Of a stretch of DNA of 64,000 bases, positions 48,601-56,880 are shown one piece after another. The stretch is taken from NCBI RefSeq assembly GCF_040938485.1, contig NW_027271004.1, positions 1,674,001 through 1,738,000 on the forward strand. The letters are read 5' to 3'. A program made the translations under genes and the position numbers. Under the pieces are notes generated by a model. That model was not told where the DNA came from. It ran no database searches and saw nothing but the letters and a program-made list of their open reading frames with translations. Origin of the DNA: Diadema antillarum (Eukaryota). How positions within the stretch are numbered: position 1 is the stretch's first letter; each line of letters starts with the position of its first letter.

Positions 48601-48773
48601 TATATCATGGAGTAATTTTTTTCTTTCTTTCTCTATCTATCTCTATATTTCTATCTCTCAAACAGTTCCGATTTCTTGTGTTTCAAGTTTTGGTGGGCGA
48701 CATGGCAGCTGCTTTCATCATTGACAGATTTCTACAATTCTTCTTGGGAACGGCCAGATTGCAAGAGTCATAG
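16524..48773 (+). CDS. ATP13A1: P5A-type ATPase 13A1 (ER transmembrane-helix dislocase, Spf1 orthologue), complete, 27 exons, 1178 aa
   Basis: The 27 exons sum to 3537 nt in one frame ending TAG at 48771-48773. P-type motifs TGES, DKTGTLT, KGAPE, TGDN, GDGTND; P5A TM4 motif PPELPIELS; family-typical [57 protein letters not shown]. Confidence 0.97.
17116..18768. repeat. Tandem duplication of an ~810-830 bp CpG-rich unit in ATP13A1 intron 1
   Basis: Copy A 17116-17928 and copy B 17940-18768 are colinear and highly similar by eye, with small indels. Confidence 0.92.
19767..19856 (+). CDS. ATP13A1: ATP13A1 exon 2
   Basis: [30 protein letters not shown]. Confidence 0.95.
20925..21118 (+). CDS. 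ATP13A1: ATP13A1 exon 3
   Basis: [18 protein letters not shown]...FGDNQ. Confidence 0.94.
22017..22136 (+). CDS. ATP13A1: ATP13A1 exon 4
   Basis: [40 protein letters not shown]. Confidence 0.95.
22621..22729 (+). CDS. ATP13A1: ATP13A1 exon 5
   Basis: [15 protein letters not shown]...NKPFMVQ. Confidence 0.95.
23123..23299 (+). CDS. ATP13A1: ATP13A1 exon 6 (A domain, TGES)
   Basis: [10 protein letters not shown]...[11 protein letters not shown]. Confidence 0.96.
23819..24030 (-). mobile_element. Helentron-associated (HINE/DINE-1-like) fragment
   Basis: Minus strand ends ...gtggaggtttgcgctctttcaacgcttctac, similar to the 3' ends of the 24782 and 46375 elements. Confidence 0.5.
24297..24487. 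mobile_element. TA-flanked MITE (TTCGCGAA-rich family)
   Basis: TA|CTGTAAAAC ... GTTTTACAG|TA; internal palindromes around ttcgcgaa. Confidence 0.7.
24531..24660 (+). CDS. ATP13A1: ATP13A1 exon 7
   Basis: EPVEGL...[12 protein letters not shown]...GLK. Confidence 0.95.
24782..25261 (+). mobile_element. HINE/DINE-1-like element, family B copy 1
   Basis: subTIR ACCTTCGCCAAG / CTTGGCAGAGGT; (GTTT)n tract; 3' hairpin GCACT-ctcaa-AGTGC; colinear with 46375-46880. Confidence 0.75.
25561..25616 (+). CDS. ATP13A1: ATP13A1 exon 8
   Basis: [18 protein letters not shown]. Confidence 0.95.
25984..26164. mobile_element. Degenerate Tigger-like MITE
   Basis: tacaaggaaaccttgtcataa / tataacgaggttccactgta resemble the 12963 TIRs. 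Confidence 0.5.
26280..26406 (+). CDS. ATP13A1: ATP13A1 exon 9
   Basis: [42 protein letters not shown]. Confidence 0.95.
27194..27331 (+). CDS. ATP13A1: ATP13A1 exon 10 (TM4, GC donor)
   Basis: [45 protein letters not shown], ends AG|gcaagt. Confidence 0.93.
27363..27670 (+). repeat. ~300-nt C/T-rich low-complexity tract
   Basis: Nearly pure pyrimidine with many CCC runs. Confidence 0.9.
27837..28038. mobile_element. TA-flanked MITE related to the 24297 family
   Basis: TA|CTGTAAAAGTGGATATT ... AATTTCCACTTTTACCG|TA. Confidence 0.65.
28275..28395 (+). CDS. ATP13A1: ATP13A1 exon 11 (phosphorylation site)
   Basis: [39 protein letters not shown]. Confidence 0.97.
28462..29593 (+). mobile_element. 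HINE/DINE-1-like element, family C
   Basis: 5' subTIR ATGCCTCCACCA with partial inverted repeat GGAGGCAT; (GTCC)n; degenerate core repeats (aaggtcaaaggtcaa); 3' subTIR TGGCGGAGGCAT; hairpin GTCGC-cata-GCGAC; ends TTTCTAGTT. Confidence 0.8.
29854..30008 (+). CDS. ATP13A1: ATP13A1 exon 12
   Basis: GRDKMC...ATCHSL...[18 protein letters not shown]. Confidence 0.95.
30608..30646 (+). repeat. (CA)n microsatellite abutting the exon 13 acceptor
   Basis: About 19 CA units ending 4 nt before the exon. Confidence 0.95.
30651..30826 (+). CDS. ATP13A1: ATP13A1 exon 13
   Basis: DVVIPQ...[11 protein letters not shown]...[10 protein letters not shown]. Confidence 0.95.
31650..31760 (+). CDS. ATP13A1: ATP13A1 exon 14
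   Basis: FSFVPDNYD...[19 protein letters not shown]. Confidence 0.94.
32564..32689 (+). CDS. ATP13A1: ATP13A1 exon 15
   Basis: [26 protein letters not shown]...ASHY. Confidence 0.95.
32723..33190. mobile_element. Degenerate Kolobok-like fold-back MITE (same family as 46886-47608)
   Basis: ttaaagggg... followed by catgtggattga, gtagaaca, aaaagttatgaatt and ctggatgagaagactact, all shared with the 46886 element. Confidence 0.6.
33339..33447 (+). CDS. ATP13A1: ATP13A1 exon 16
   Basis: [19 protein letters not shown]...PPCET. Confidence 0.95.
33706..34199. mobile_element. PIF/Harbinger-like MITE
   Basis: ~50-bp imperfect TIRs GGCTGCATTTACACCATGTTCTCGGCAACCACGGCAGTCCC / GGGACCGCTGTGGCTGCCGGGGAACATAGTGTAAATGCAGCT, flanked by TTA and TAA. 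Confidence 0.75.
34515..34627 (+). CDS. ATP13A1: ATP13A1 exon 17
   Basis: [12 protein letters not shown]...DLCLTGE. Confidence 0.94.
35212..35304 (+). CDS. ATP13A1: ATP13A1 exon 18
   Basis: AITHLQ...[11 protein letters not shown]. Confidence 0.95.
35320..35889. mobile_element. Composite element: perfect 22-bp inverted repeats plus an adjacent ~160-bp structured hairpin
   Basis: TTATACAACGTCCAAGTAGATC at 35320-35341 and its complement at 35699-35720; hairpin 35724-35884 centred on GGCTTCGCC. Confidence 0.75.
36288..36384 (+). CDS. ATP13A1: ATP13A1 exon 19
   Basis: EYVITTLK...[17 protein letters not shown]. Confidence 0.96.
37180..37244 (+). CDS. ATP13A1: ATP13A1 exon 20
   Basis: [21 protein letters not shown]. 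Confidence 0.9.
37548..38110 (-). mobile_element. L2/CR1-clade LINE, 5'-truncated (ORF2 C-terminus, 3' UTR, ATT tail)
   Basis: Minus frame [20 protein letters not shown]...[24 protein letters not shown]...[11 protein letters not shown] (stop 37773-37775), then gcgctttataaat and (att)n. Confidence 0.88.
38768..38920 (+). CDS. ATP13A1: ATP13A1 exon 21 (low-conservation arm insert)
   Basis: cacag|MGDGVADG...KGEDLTR|gtaagt; phase 0-0; GC-rich against its flanks. Confidence 0.8.
39743..39860 (+). CDS. ATP13A1: ATP13A1 exon 22
   Basis: KKINALLK...[21 protein letters not shown]. Confidence 0.95.
39971..40350 (+). mobile_element. Truncated HINE related to family C
   Basis: atgcc..gaggcataatgttttcaggttgtctgtctgtccgtcc...aattttgtggacag...aatgaaacttgg matches the 28462 element. 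Confidence 0.6.
40405..40601 (+). CDS. ATP13A1: ATP13A1 exon 23
   Basis: [19 protein letters not shown]...FISRSK. Confidence 0.96.
40800..41180 (+). repeat. TG-rich low-complexity tract ending in (TG)n and (CT)n
   Basis: Degenerate tgtgt/tatgt repeats. Confidence 0.8.
41252..41977. mobile_element. TIR element with CAGGG ends and a 7-bp (or 9-bp) TSD
   Basis: CAGGGAGGTGTTA / TAGCACCTCCCTG; inner inverted repeat aagtcatgctcggcaccgc / gcggtgccgcgcatgactt; ATACAAT on both flanks. Confidence 0.8.
42184..42326 (+). CDS. ATP13A1: ATP13A1 exon 24
   Basis: [18 protein letters not shown]...RSPK. Confidence 0.95.
42515..43466 (+). mobile_element. HINE/DINE-1/pearl-like element, family A copy 1, with a 5-unit ~158-bp array
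   Basis: subTIRs TGTCCCCGCCG (42515) / CGGCGGGGACA (43419); 5' partial inverted repeat GGGGAC; (GTCY)n; unit spacings 142, 157, 157, 158; 3' hairpin. Confidence 0.85.
44307..45442 (+). mobile_element. HINE/DINE-1/pearl-like element, family A copy 2, with a 6-unit ~158-bp array
   Basis: Same subTIRs (44307, 45395); unit spacings 159, 158, 158, 157, 158; perfect hairpin TTACGC-acc-GCGTAA. Confidence 0.87.
45465..45576 (+). CDS. ATP13A1: ATP13A1 exon 25
   Basis: [21 protein letters not shown]...FAVNYK. Confidence 0.95.
46375..46880 (+). mobile_element. HINE family B copy 2
   Basis: acttccaccaaggaggttatg, (GTTT)n, ... cttggcagaggt...agtgcttctctagtt; colinear with 24782-25261. Confidence 0.75.
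46886..47608. mobile_element. Kolobok-like fold-back MITE with a nested ~160-bp insertion
   Basis: TTAA|AGGACAAGTCCACCTT ... AAGGTGAACTTCTCCT|TTAA; long imperfect inverted arms; left arm interrupted at about 46948-47108. Confidence 0.8.
47648..47791 (+). CDS. ATP13A1: ATP13A1 exon 26
   Basis: [17 protein letters not shown]...VEFTTD. Confidence 0.95.
48666..48773 (+). CDS. ATP13A1: ATP13A1 exon 27 (terminal coding part)
   Basis: [35 protein letters not shown]. Confidence 0.92.
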   Translation, partial: FRFLVFQVLVGDMAAAFIIDRFLQFFLGTARLQES

Positions 48774-49069
48774 TAGTCTGTGCCGCCGCGCTAGCGAATT
48801 AGAAATGTTATTATACAAAGATATAATTTATATGCATATTTCTTAGAATTGCAAAATGAAAAATCATCTACATGTATTGTGAAATTATGCTAGTTTCTCT
48901 TTTCCATAATGAAGATGTTTCCTCTTGTTGATTTTGTTTTCTTGATTTGCGGAGAGTTGATGGTATGATGTAATCATATTTAGATATTTGATTAAACTCT
49001 TCCGAGAAGTCATTGAGTAGTATTTGTTCATGCCGGAATATCCACTACTCTACAGACTTTTGACATGCA

Positions 49070-49075
49070 AATAAA
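49070..49075 (+). terminator. Candidate proximal polyadenylation signal of ATP13A1
   Basis: AATAAA about 300 nt after the stop, followed by a T/G-rich stretch; several more distal AATAAA also exist. Confidence 0.45.
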
Positions 49076-51602
49076 ATGCTTTTGCATGTTAAACATGGAA
49101 GATCTACAGTAGAGACCAGGCCAGTGGAACTAGACTTTTAGTTACAACAGCCTGTAACTCATGCAAGCAAGAAGTATCATACAACTGTGTCTTGAGCAAA
49201 GGCTAGCCCCTCATGTCTAAAAAAAAGGGATGATTCATGTAATAAGTCACTTGACAACAGTTGATAGTTGGTTATTTCAATCATGTATAAGATGTATATA
49301 CACCTTTTTGTTTTACAAGGCAACTTTTAGACTCCAAAAGTACTACCAAGGAAATAGTAGCAAGGTAAACACGAGACATTTTTGTCTACCCTGTTGGGCA
49401 ATGTTCAGCGGCAGTATTGAATTCCAGGTGGGATAAAAGTGGGGCTTTCCTCTACTCTCATAGTCGGCAAGCATCGGTATGTCTTTAAGTCACTTACCAT
49501 GGTATAATGAAAAATGGGATGTGTATCCCTTCAGCTTTTTAAGATTTGTTAATGCAATCGTGACGTCGTGAAAACATGACGAGAATAAAACAAGACAAGA
49601 ATAAAATGACAAGGCAGGCATGTAATTTATCAAAGTTTTTCATCACTTTTTCAGAAGTTTCTACCAACACCTCAATCATGTAAAATTTTAATTAAAGAGT
49701 GCTGAATAAACATACGCAAGGGGAGGGGGGGGGGGGATTTAGGCTCCTTGAATATAGCTACTGGTGTAACTGTAAATGTATGGTGAATGCCAAGTTTAGT
49801 ACTTGCCATAGATATTTCCAGTATTCTGCAGTATTGATTATACATGTGTCAGCTCTTCTATAAGTCACGTTCTTCGGGAGGCATGTATGTCGGCAAACAA
49901 TCAGTTGTGGTTGTCGTTTTTTTTTTAGTGTGTGTGTGGATGTCATCATTTCATGTTTTCGAGTTTGATATGCAAGAGAGAACAAGGTCCCATCATTCCC
50001 TCACTTTAATATATACATGTGTCGCAGAAAAACATAGTAACATTGACTAAACAAGAACACTGGCTTATATTTAATAACCTTTTTCCTTGTATTACATGCA
50101 GTGAGAATACCAGGTACTGGATAATGTCATACGCTTGTAGTTTACTGTACGTATGACTCATTGGCTAACCAGGTAACTTGCTGAAAATTTTCTGCATTGC
50201 ATCAAAAGCAGTCCTCTCTCGCAAGGAGTGGGTGGAGTAGAATGGCATGAAAGAAATAACAGACCGCATGCATCTTGCGCTCTTTTTGTAAAGCTGAAGT
50301 GAATTTGTCTCCCTCATTTTCTCTGTAAGGATGGGAAACCCAGATTTCATTAGAATTGTTGTATCCTGCCATAAGAGGATTCTACTTCAGAATCTCAACC
50401 TCAAAGGAAATGTCAGTCCTTTGATTAACCTAACATGGAGATTGCTCCTTTTCCTGTAATATTCACACTGCTCATTTTCACTCGATTAATATAGAAACTT
50501 TCATGCATGTTAGTCAGTGTGGAATTGTTTGTGTTCGGAAGAACTCATTTTGTTTAGCCTTGTGGTTGGTGTGTTGTTGAAAATTAAGGTTCATTTGTAT
50601 GGAGCTGTGTGATGGTCAAAGGCTGTATACTGCTAATGTTGAGGGTTACAATTTATTATGTTGTCACGGTGCTGCCAAGACTTGCATATTGCAGCTTTAT
50701 CATAGGCATGCACTTGAATATCAGTTTCTGATTGGTTACTAATAATTGGATCTCAGCTAGACCATTTTAAAACTTACTGTGGGTAAGAAAAGTCCAGAGG
50801 GTGGTTTTGAACATTTGCCCGTGCTCAACGATGAGGCAGGACCATGTAAAGGACTGGTTAGATGTGAAATAAGGACATTTTGAGGGAATACAATAAAACA
50901 AAATCCTATTTTGCATGGTACTCCTCCCCAATCAAGTTTTGTATAGATTGTTGAGTAATGTGCAAAATGTGCATGTCAAAAGTCGTTGTGAGTGTTTTTT
51001 GTGTTGTGCAGAGTTGTTAGAATGTCCCGTTTCCATACTGTGTCTATCTCATGATAACAATCATTCTTTATGTGTGATGTGTAGTTGTTTTGTTGTCTTT
51101 TTTAAAGAATATCAGGGTATTATTTTCTTCCGCAGTGCCATCGGTTTGTATGGCATGTTGATTAAAAGCGATAGTCGGAGGAGGAGTGACCACAAATTTG
51201 AGATTCTTGCCTCTCGCTTTGATGACTGTTGGGTATGTACAGTAAGCTTGGATTAAACGCAAGACAAAACATTCATATTGCTGGGAATAATGATGGTGTA
51301 CACTTGTTGGTGCATCGAGGACAGTGTCGGTTTGGTTGTATTCCAGTGACGTCATGATTTCAACCCAGGTAGAGAGTAAAGTTACTTCTTCACTGTAGCT
51401 CTTCTCCAATAAAAACCTCAAACTCTTCTGCCAATCAGCATTTAGATGGCTACAGGTACGTTTGTACATAGTATGTGCATATCTGGAAGCATTTGAGAGA
51501 AATCATTTGATTCAGTCTGAAAAAGATCCTCTTGTATGAGCAACACTGCAGAGTATGGTAGCAAAAATGAATGAATGAATGATTGAATGACTAGTCCAGT
51601 GT

Positions 51603-52069
51603 AGCCTTTTGTCAAGGCCCTCTCGCTGTATGGTGAAGAGAGCCCTGTTGAGTGGGGTTGCGCGAGGGCCTTTTGAGATCTGCTTCGCATCCGTTTGTTA
51701 GCCCTCTGAATTACCGACTTTTGCTCCCCGATTTTGGGAGCAATGGTCGACCAATCTGCATGTCTGTCTGTTTGAGCCTGATTTGCATACAGCGAATGCA
51801 TGCCACATACCTCCACTGGTGGTCAGTGATGCATGTGAACAGGCAGGACAACGCCGAGATGAAGGATGGGGGGGGGGGGGGGGGGGGGTGCGCCATTCCA
51901 TTGGTCCACCGGAACCCGTTAATATGACTATTCAGTAGGGTTCATATGTGTCGTGAATAATAATGAGTGAAGCAGATCTCAGAAGGCCCTCACGCTGTCG
52001 CACTCAGCTGGGCTCTCTTCATTTGCCTGTTCTAGCCATCATACGGTGAGAGGGCATTGACGAAAGGCT
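51603..52069. repeat. Fold-back repeat with ~85-100 bp imperfect inverted arms
   Basis: agccttttgtcaaggccctctc...gagatctgcttc (51603-51688) versus gaagcagatctc...gagagggcattgacgaaaggct (51967-52069). Confidence 0.75.
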
Positions 52070-53085
52070 TTTGTCCAGGGGTGCTACATACAATGTACGT
52101 CTATCAGGACCCAAGATGGCATGGGCTAAACCAATTGCCTACCCTCGGCTTAGCAGTAGTTGTAGTGGTAGCAGTAGTAGTAGTTGTTGTTTGGCATGTT
52201 TCAAATCATTAATCATATTACTACATCAGAGCACTTGTTAGAAAGTTTTTGATAAGTCTTCTGTTCATGTCAAGACACTTGTTATGATTGGAGCAGCAGT
52301 GTTTGCGCTCCTCGAGTAAAACTGCCCGTCTTGTTTAGATTGGGATACAATTATTTTTTTATGCTCGGCACATGAAAGTACCTTTAATATTGGCATTTTG
52401 TGTCCTGGGCATCCATCATACCACAATACTATTTCACAGGCAGTGGCATTCCCCATAGCTTTTGCAAATTGTGTTGATTTAACACATTGCGCGTGTGCAT
52501 TTTATGTAGATACTTTGTAGCATAGATTTTCAATACATACAGTGCAGGGACTGAGCAAAAATGAAACAATATCTAAGAATCATGCTCTGCTTCTCACTGA
52601 AACATTTGTTGTATCAATTTCTCTTCTGGAGATTGAAAGTAGAATATTGTATGTTCCATGAACATGCACAAATTATTTGTAGGTGAGCATTGTTCAAGGC
52701 CATATTAATCCAGGAATTTGTTGTACTTGTACATTTGTACCACCGTAGGGCCTATACCCAATTCATCGTTAAATTGTCAGGGCAATGCAGGGAGTGTTTA
52801 GTTAACTGGAATATATGTTGAGAAATTGTTGAGTTAAAGTATGTGTTTTAATATTATGTTCCTTCGTTTACTTTGTATTTTACTATACTTTTTTTTTGTA
52901 CGCAAATCTTGTGTGAACTTCAGTATTTATGTTGAATGAAACATTGTTCAAGGTACCTGGTATGTCAGTCACTTAAAAGTAGGAGTTTGTGATTGTAGGC
53001 AAGATTACACTTCTTAAATTAAAGGGGGAAAAAAGACCAGAAAATAAATCTGAAATACACTTTTCAGTCAGAGTAATCCTGTCTA

Positions 53086-53290
53086 CAGAGCTGCCAAGTC
53101 TCCCTGATTCTGCAGGAGTCTTCATGGAAATGTCAAAATCTGTCCATATTTGAATTAGAGAATATTAAAATCTCCCTGATTTGGGAATTATTTTTTTGCC
53201 CCTTGAAATGCATGTAACACACATACACATCTCCCTGATTGCTGTATGGAATCTCCCTAATTTGGATGTGGGAATATGTTGGCAGACCTG
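53086..53290. mobile_element. hAT-like MITE flanked by a 6-bp direct repeat
   Basis: CAGAGCTGCCAA ... TTGGCAGACCTG; TGTCTA on both sides; repeated TCTCCCTGAT. Confidence 0.6.
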
Positions 53291-53451
53291 TGTCTATGAC
53301 TGAAAAGCATGTGAAAATTTTATGCATTGTCATACAGTTGTAGCATATATTATTCTGATAAAATGCTTCTACAAATTTATACAGTGCATTAATTTTGACA
53401 ATCCTCATCACAGTTATTCATGATTTGTGCACTCGACACGCAGCTCAAATA

Positions 53452-53975
53452 CTGTATACGCTATAATTTTCACGTACATAAATTTTCGCGAATTGCCGCT
53501 GTCACACATTTTCGCGAGTGGTTAAATTCGCGATTGGGGGACCAGAGAAAATATGAAGTGGCAAAGACAGTGTGAATTTTCAACTTACTAGCAAATAAGA
53601 ATGATACTAGTTATACACTGCATGAAAAAAAACTTACCAAACTCTGCGAACTAGTAAGTTAGAATTCAACGTGTTTGAAGTGGTTAAGTCCATCGCGCTA
53701 GATTTCTGACAAGTGGTCCCCTTGCGATAATGGATTGGCTCTTTGCAGTATTCGTAAGTAGAGGTGGATGTGCTATATGTACGTAAACAAGCTTAGCCAG
53801 TATGGTCTGTTCAGTAAGCTGTGACACGGTATACTAGTACTGAAATGTTCGTATCATCGAGGCAAGGGATTCATTTTGGAAGGTAAAATTTTCGCGTGTT
53901 GTTAATTTCGCGAATAGCTCCCGACTCGCGAAATTCGCGAAAATAAAACCCCCGCGAAATATATAGCGTATACAG
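53452..53975. mobile_element. TA-flanked MITE (TTCGCGAA family, long form)
   Basis: TA|CTGTATACGCTATA ... TATAGCGTATACAG|TA, perfect 14-bp TIR. Confidence 0.8.
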
Positions 53976-55438
53976 TAATCAGCATACTATTTTACCACTA
54001 TGATGTCATTATTTTAATGAAAAGGGTCCACTCTGTTAACTCATTGTCTCTAAAATGTGGTAATTTTCCAATAAGGCTGTGTACAGGATGCATCGGGTTT
54101 GTGGTATACAGAGGATTAAGCTCCCAAGTTGTGATGTTAACCTTTACCCTACCATCTTCCTTTCATCAAGAAGTTTTATTCATGTGGTCTCAGGAGAGGC
54201 TGTGTCTGAGTAGTGAATTTATTACCGGATATACATGTATAACCTCTGTACCTCACCAGCTACACATACTGTATTACCTGTCTGTGGAATATACATGTGT
54301 TGTACCTTTGTAATTTTGATATTATTTGAAGTAGCTAGTCTTCATGCAAGACTGATGGGCAGGTATGATGCACAGAGTCATGTATGCCAACTGTCAAACA
54401 TATGACAAGTATCAGCTGTGATCTTTAAAAAAACAGCAGATGCTTCTAGAAATGAGCCTATTGGAGTGAATCAATTTCTGTGACAGGATACTTGTGTTTG
54501 CGGAGAAGCCAGCTCTTTAGATCCATAAATTTGCCAGAATGTTAATCAAATGTACTGTAGTCAATGAAATGGCGAGAATATTATTGTGTAGTTGTGTTTT
54601 GATTTTCTATGTGTCCATTCCAAATAATCCTGATTTCATGTTATGGCAGATTGCAATCGTATCACCTCATTTCTCCCCAATGCTGTGTCCCAACGCTGTG
54701 AATCAAATTATGTGTACAATGTATGTCGAAATATCCCTGATTGAACAAATGTAGCAGCGTTTGCTCAGCGGTCGGTTCTTGATTGCAAACTTGAAGAATT
54801 TCACGTGAAATAAACATTGCCTCGATGCCGACACATTGCTAGCACGCACAGGCTTTGGTCTCATTTGTCGCTATGGTAACAGAAAGAGATTACTGAGAAG
54901 TCATTGTCACCATTAACTTTGATATTCTTTTCGGTACCTCTGTAGCTTCATTTGTGTGTGTGTGTGTGTGTGTTTTGTTTTTCTTCAGAAGCCCCTCGGG
55001 CCCTGTGGTACAATATAGACTGGGTCACGATACTTCGCCAGACTCTTGTTGAGAGAAGCTCAAAGTACACGTATTAGGTAGCATGGGGGGAAACATGGGC
55101 AGTCCGATAGAATTGATCTCCATGCACTGCCCACAATGGTAGACTAAAAACCACTAATGGCACCCGTCAGCTAATTTGCACATCAAAGTCAGTCAGCCAA
55201 TCTTCCACCACTGCCCAGTCATAAAACGGGTTGTTTAACAGATCACTGGTAGAAACTGATACGACATTGAAAGCTCCTTCACACCATTTAATTTACAACG
55301 TCTCTGTATTAAAGGTGATTCCCTTTTTTTGTAAATCAGATCGTATTGAAGGTTTACAGGGATGGTACAGTTATGGTTGAGATGGGGGCTTCAGGTTTCC
55401 AACGTTTTTTTAATGATAATTTGATATGATGAGAAACC

Positions 55439-55590
55439 TCAGGTGCGAGTTTCTTCACTTTGTCTCCCTCTACAAATTAAATTTATTAAGATCGCAACTG
55501 CTGATCTGTAAATTAATTTACAGATCAGCAGTTGCGATCTTAACAAATTCAATTTGTAGAGGGAGACAAAGTGAAGAAACTCGCACCTGA
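55439..55590. repeat. 152-bp spacerless palindrome (two mismatched pairs)
   Basis: 76-bp arms centred on GTAAATT|AATTTAC. Confidence 0.97.
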
Positions 55591-55776
55591 ACCTTCACCC
55601 CTCTGAATAATATCTTCCTTTCAATGAGAAACCTCTTATGAAATATGAAAGAGCATGTAATTCTAACACTCAAGAGGCATTCAAAGCTTATTTGATGAAA
55701 ATTGCGTTTTAAAAGGGCTGGAATATCCAAAACAAAGCAATCCCTATTTAAGGATTAGGATTGCTTTGTTTTTCTT

Positions 55777-55815
55777 GTTTATTGATATGTCAGTCATTTC
55801 AAAATCAATTTTATT
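55777..55815 (-). terminator. Candidate polyadenylation signals of an unidentified minus-strand gene
   Basis: Two TTTATT (AATAAA on minus) at 55777-55782 and 55810-55815, at the point where base skew flips. Confidence 0.35.
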
Positions 55816-55885
55816 AAATACAGTATTGTATGCTATACAGTCAACACACACCCACACAGGCAAACAATAGTACATACAGTACATG

Positions 55886-55888
<3 letters not shown>

Positions 55889-55941
<53 letters not shown>
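55889..55941 (+). repeat. (CA)n microsatellite
   Basis: About 26 units. Confidence 0.95.
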
Positions 55942-55943
<2 letters not shown>

Positions 55944-56659
55944 CAAATTTACCTTGCCAACAACGCTCTAACTAGGTTTATCTTCCAACAATCGTACAAA
56001 CCCTATGCAAACAAACTTCCATACTTCCATCTCTTCAACATGTACACACTCATACACTGTCATCTTTAGGTGTCTTAGAATTCAAGCACGATAATATTTT
56101 GTTGCTGTTTTTCCTTCTGTAAATGAATCAACTATTTCTTTATTCACAGAATTATTATTATGTACAAAATATCTTCTAGGAAATACAATCTTCTGAATAC
56201 AAACAATCATACCACCAGAATGGCCATATAAATATACTTTAGAATACAGCACTGAAATTGTGACCAATATATGGAGAATAAAAGTACATGTACAGTGACA
56301 AATGACAATAATACAGGGGAAAAACAGTTTACACCTATACCATACAAGAAAATACACAGAAAGAGTCAAATCCCTGGAGTACATAGTTTTGTACAAGTAT
56401 AAATGAAATGTAAAATTCTCTCAGGAGACAAATTGGATATGTTCGGCTCAAATGCTGCTTTAGACAAACAGCTATGAGAGTTCAGTCAAGGGTTGTTGTT
56501 TGAAATACTTGTGGCCAGATGATGCCATGTTTCACTGCTTTATGAGAAGATGGATATGCACTTCACACACCACGGGCTATTGAGCACAAAGTTCTTTCAC
56601 AACAGTGCATCAGGAATGGTGGGTGACCCCTCATGTGGTGGCATACAAAAATGTGTAAG

Positions 56660-56697
56660 GGGGAAAAAGAAGGAATAAGAAAAGGAGGGGAACAGGA

Positions 56698-56731
<34 letters not shown>

Positions 56732-56880
56732 AGAAGAAGAAGAAGAAGAAGAAGAAGACAAAGAGGAGGAGGAAACGAAGGAGAAAGAAGATGAAAACGA
56801 AGATGACCAAGGGGAGGAAGAAGAAAAGAAGAACAAGATAAACATGGAGAGAAAGAAGAGGGGAGAAATGACAAAGAGCA
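56660..56880 (+). repeat. Polypurine tract with a (GAA)n core
   Basis: About 16 consecutive GAA within an A/G-rich stretch. Confidence 0.92.

Noticed and set aside
2671-48773. Minor (U12) introns
   Set aside because: None of the 37 internal donors reads RTATCCTT
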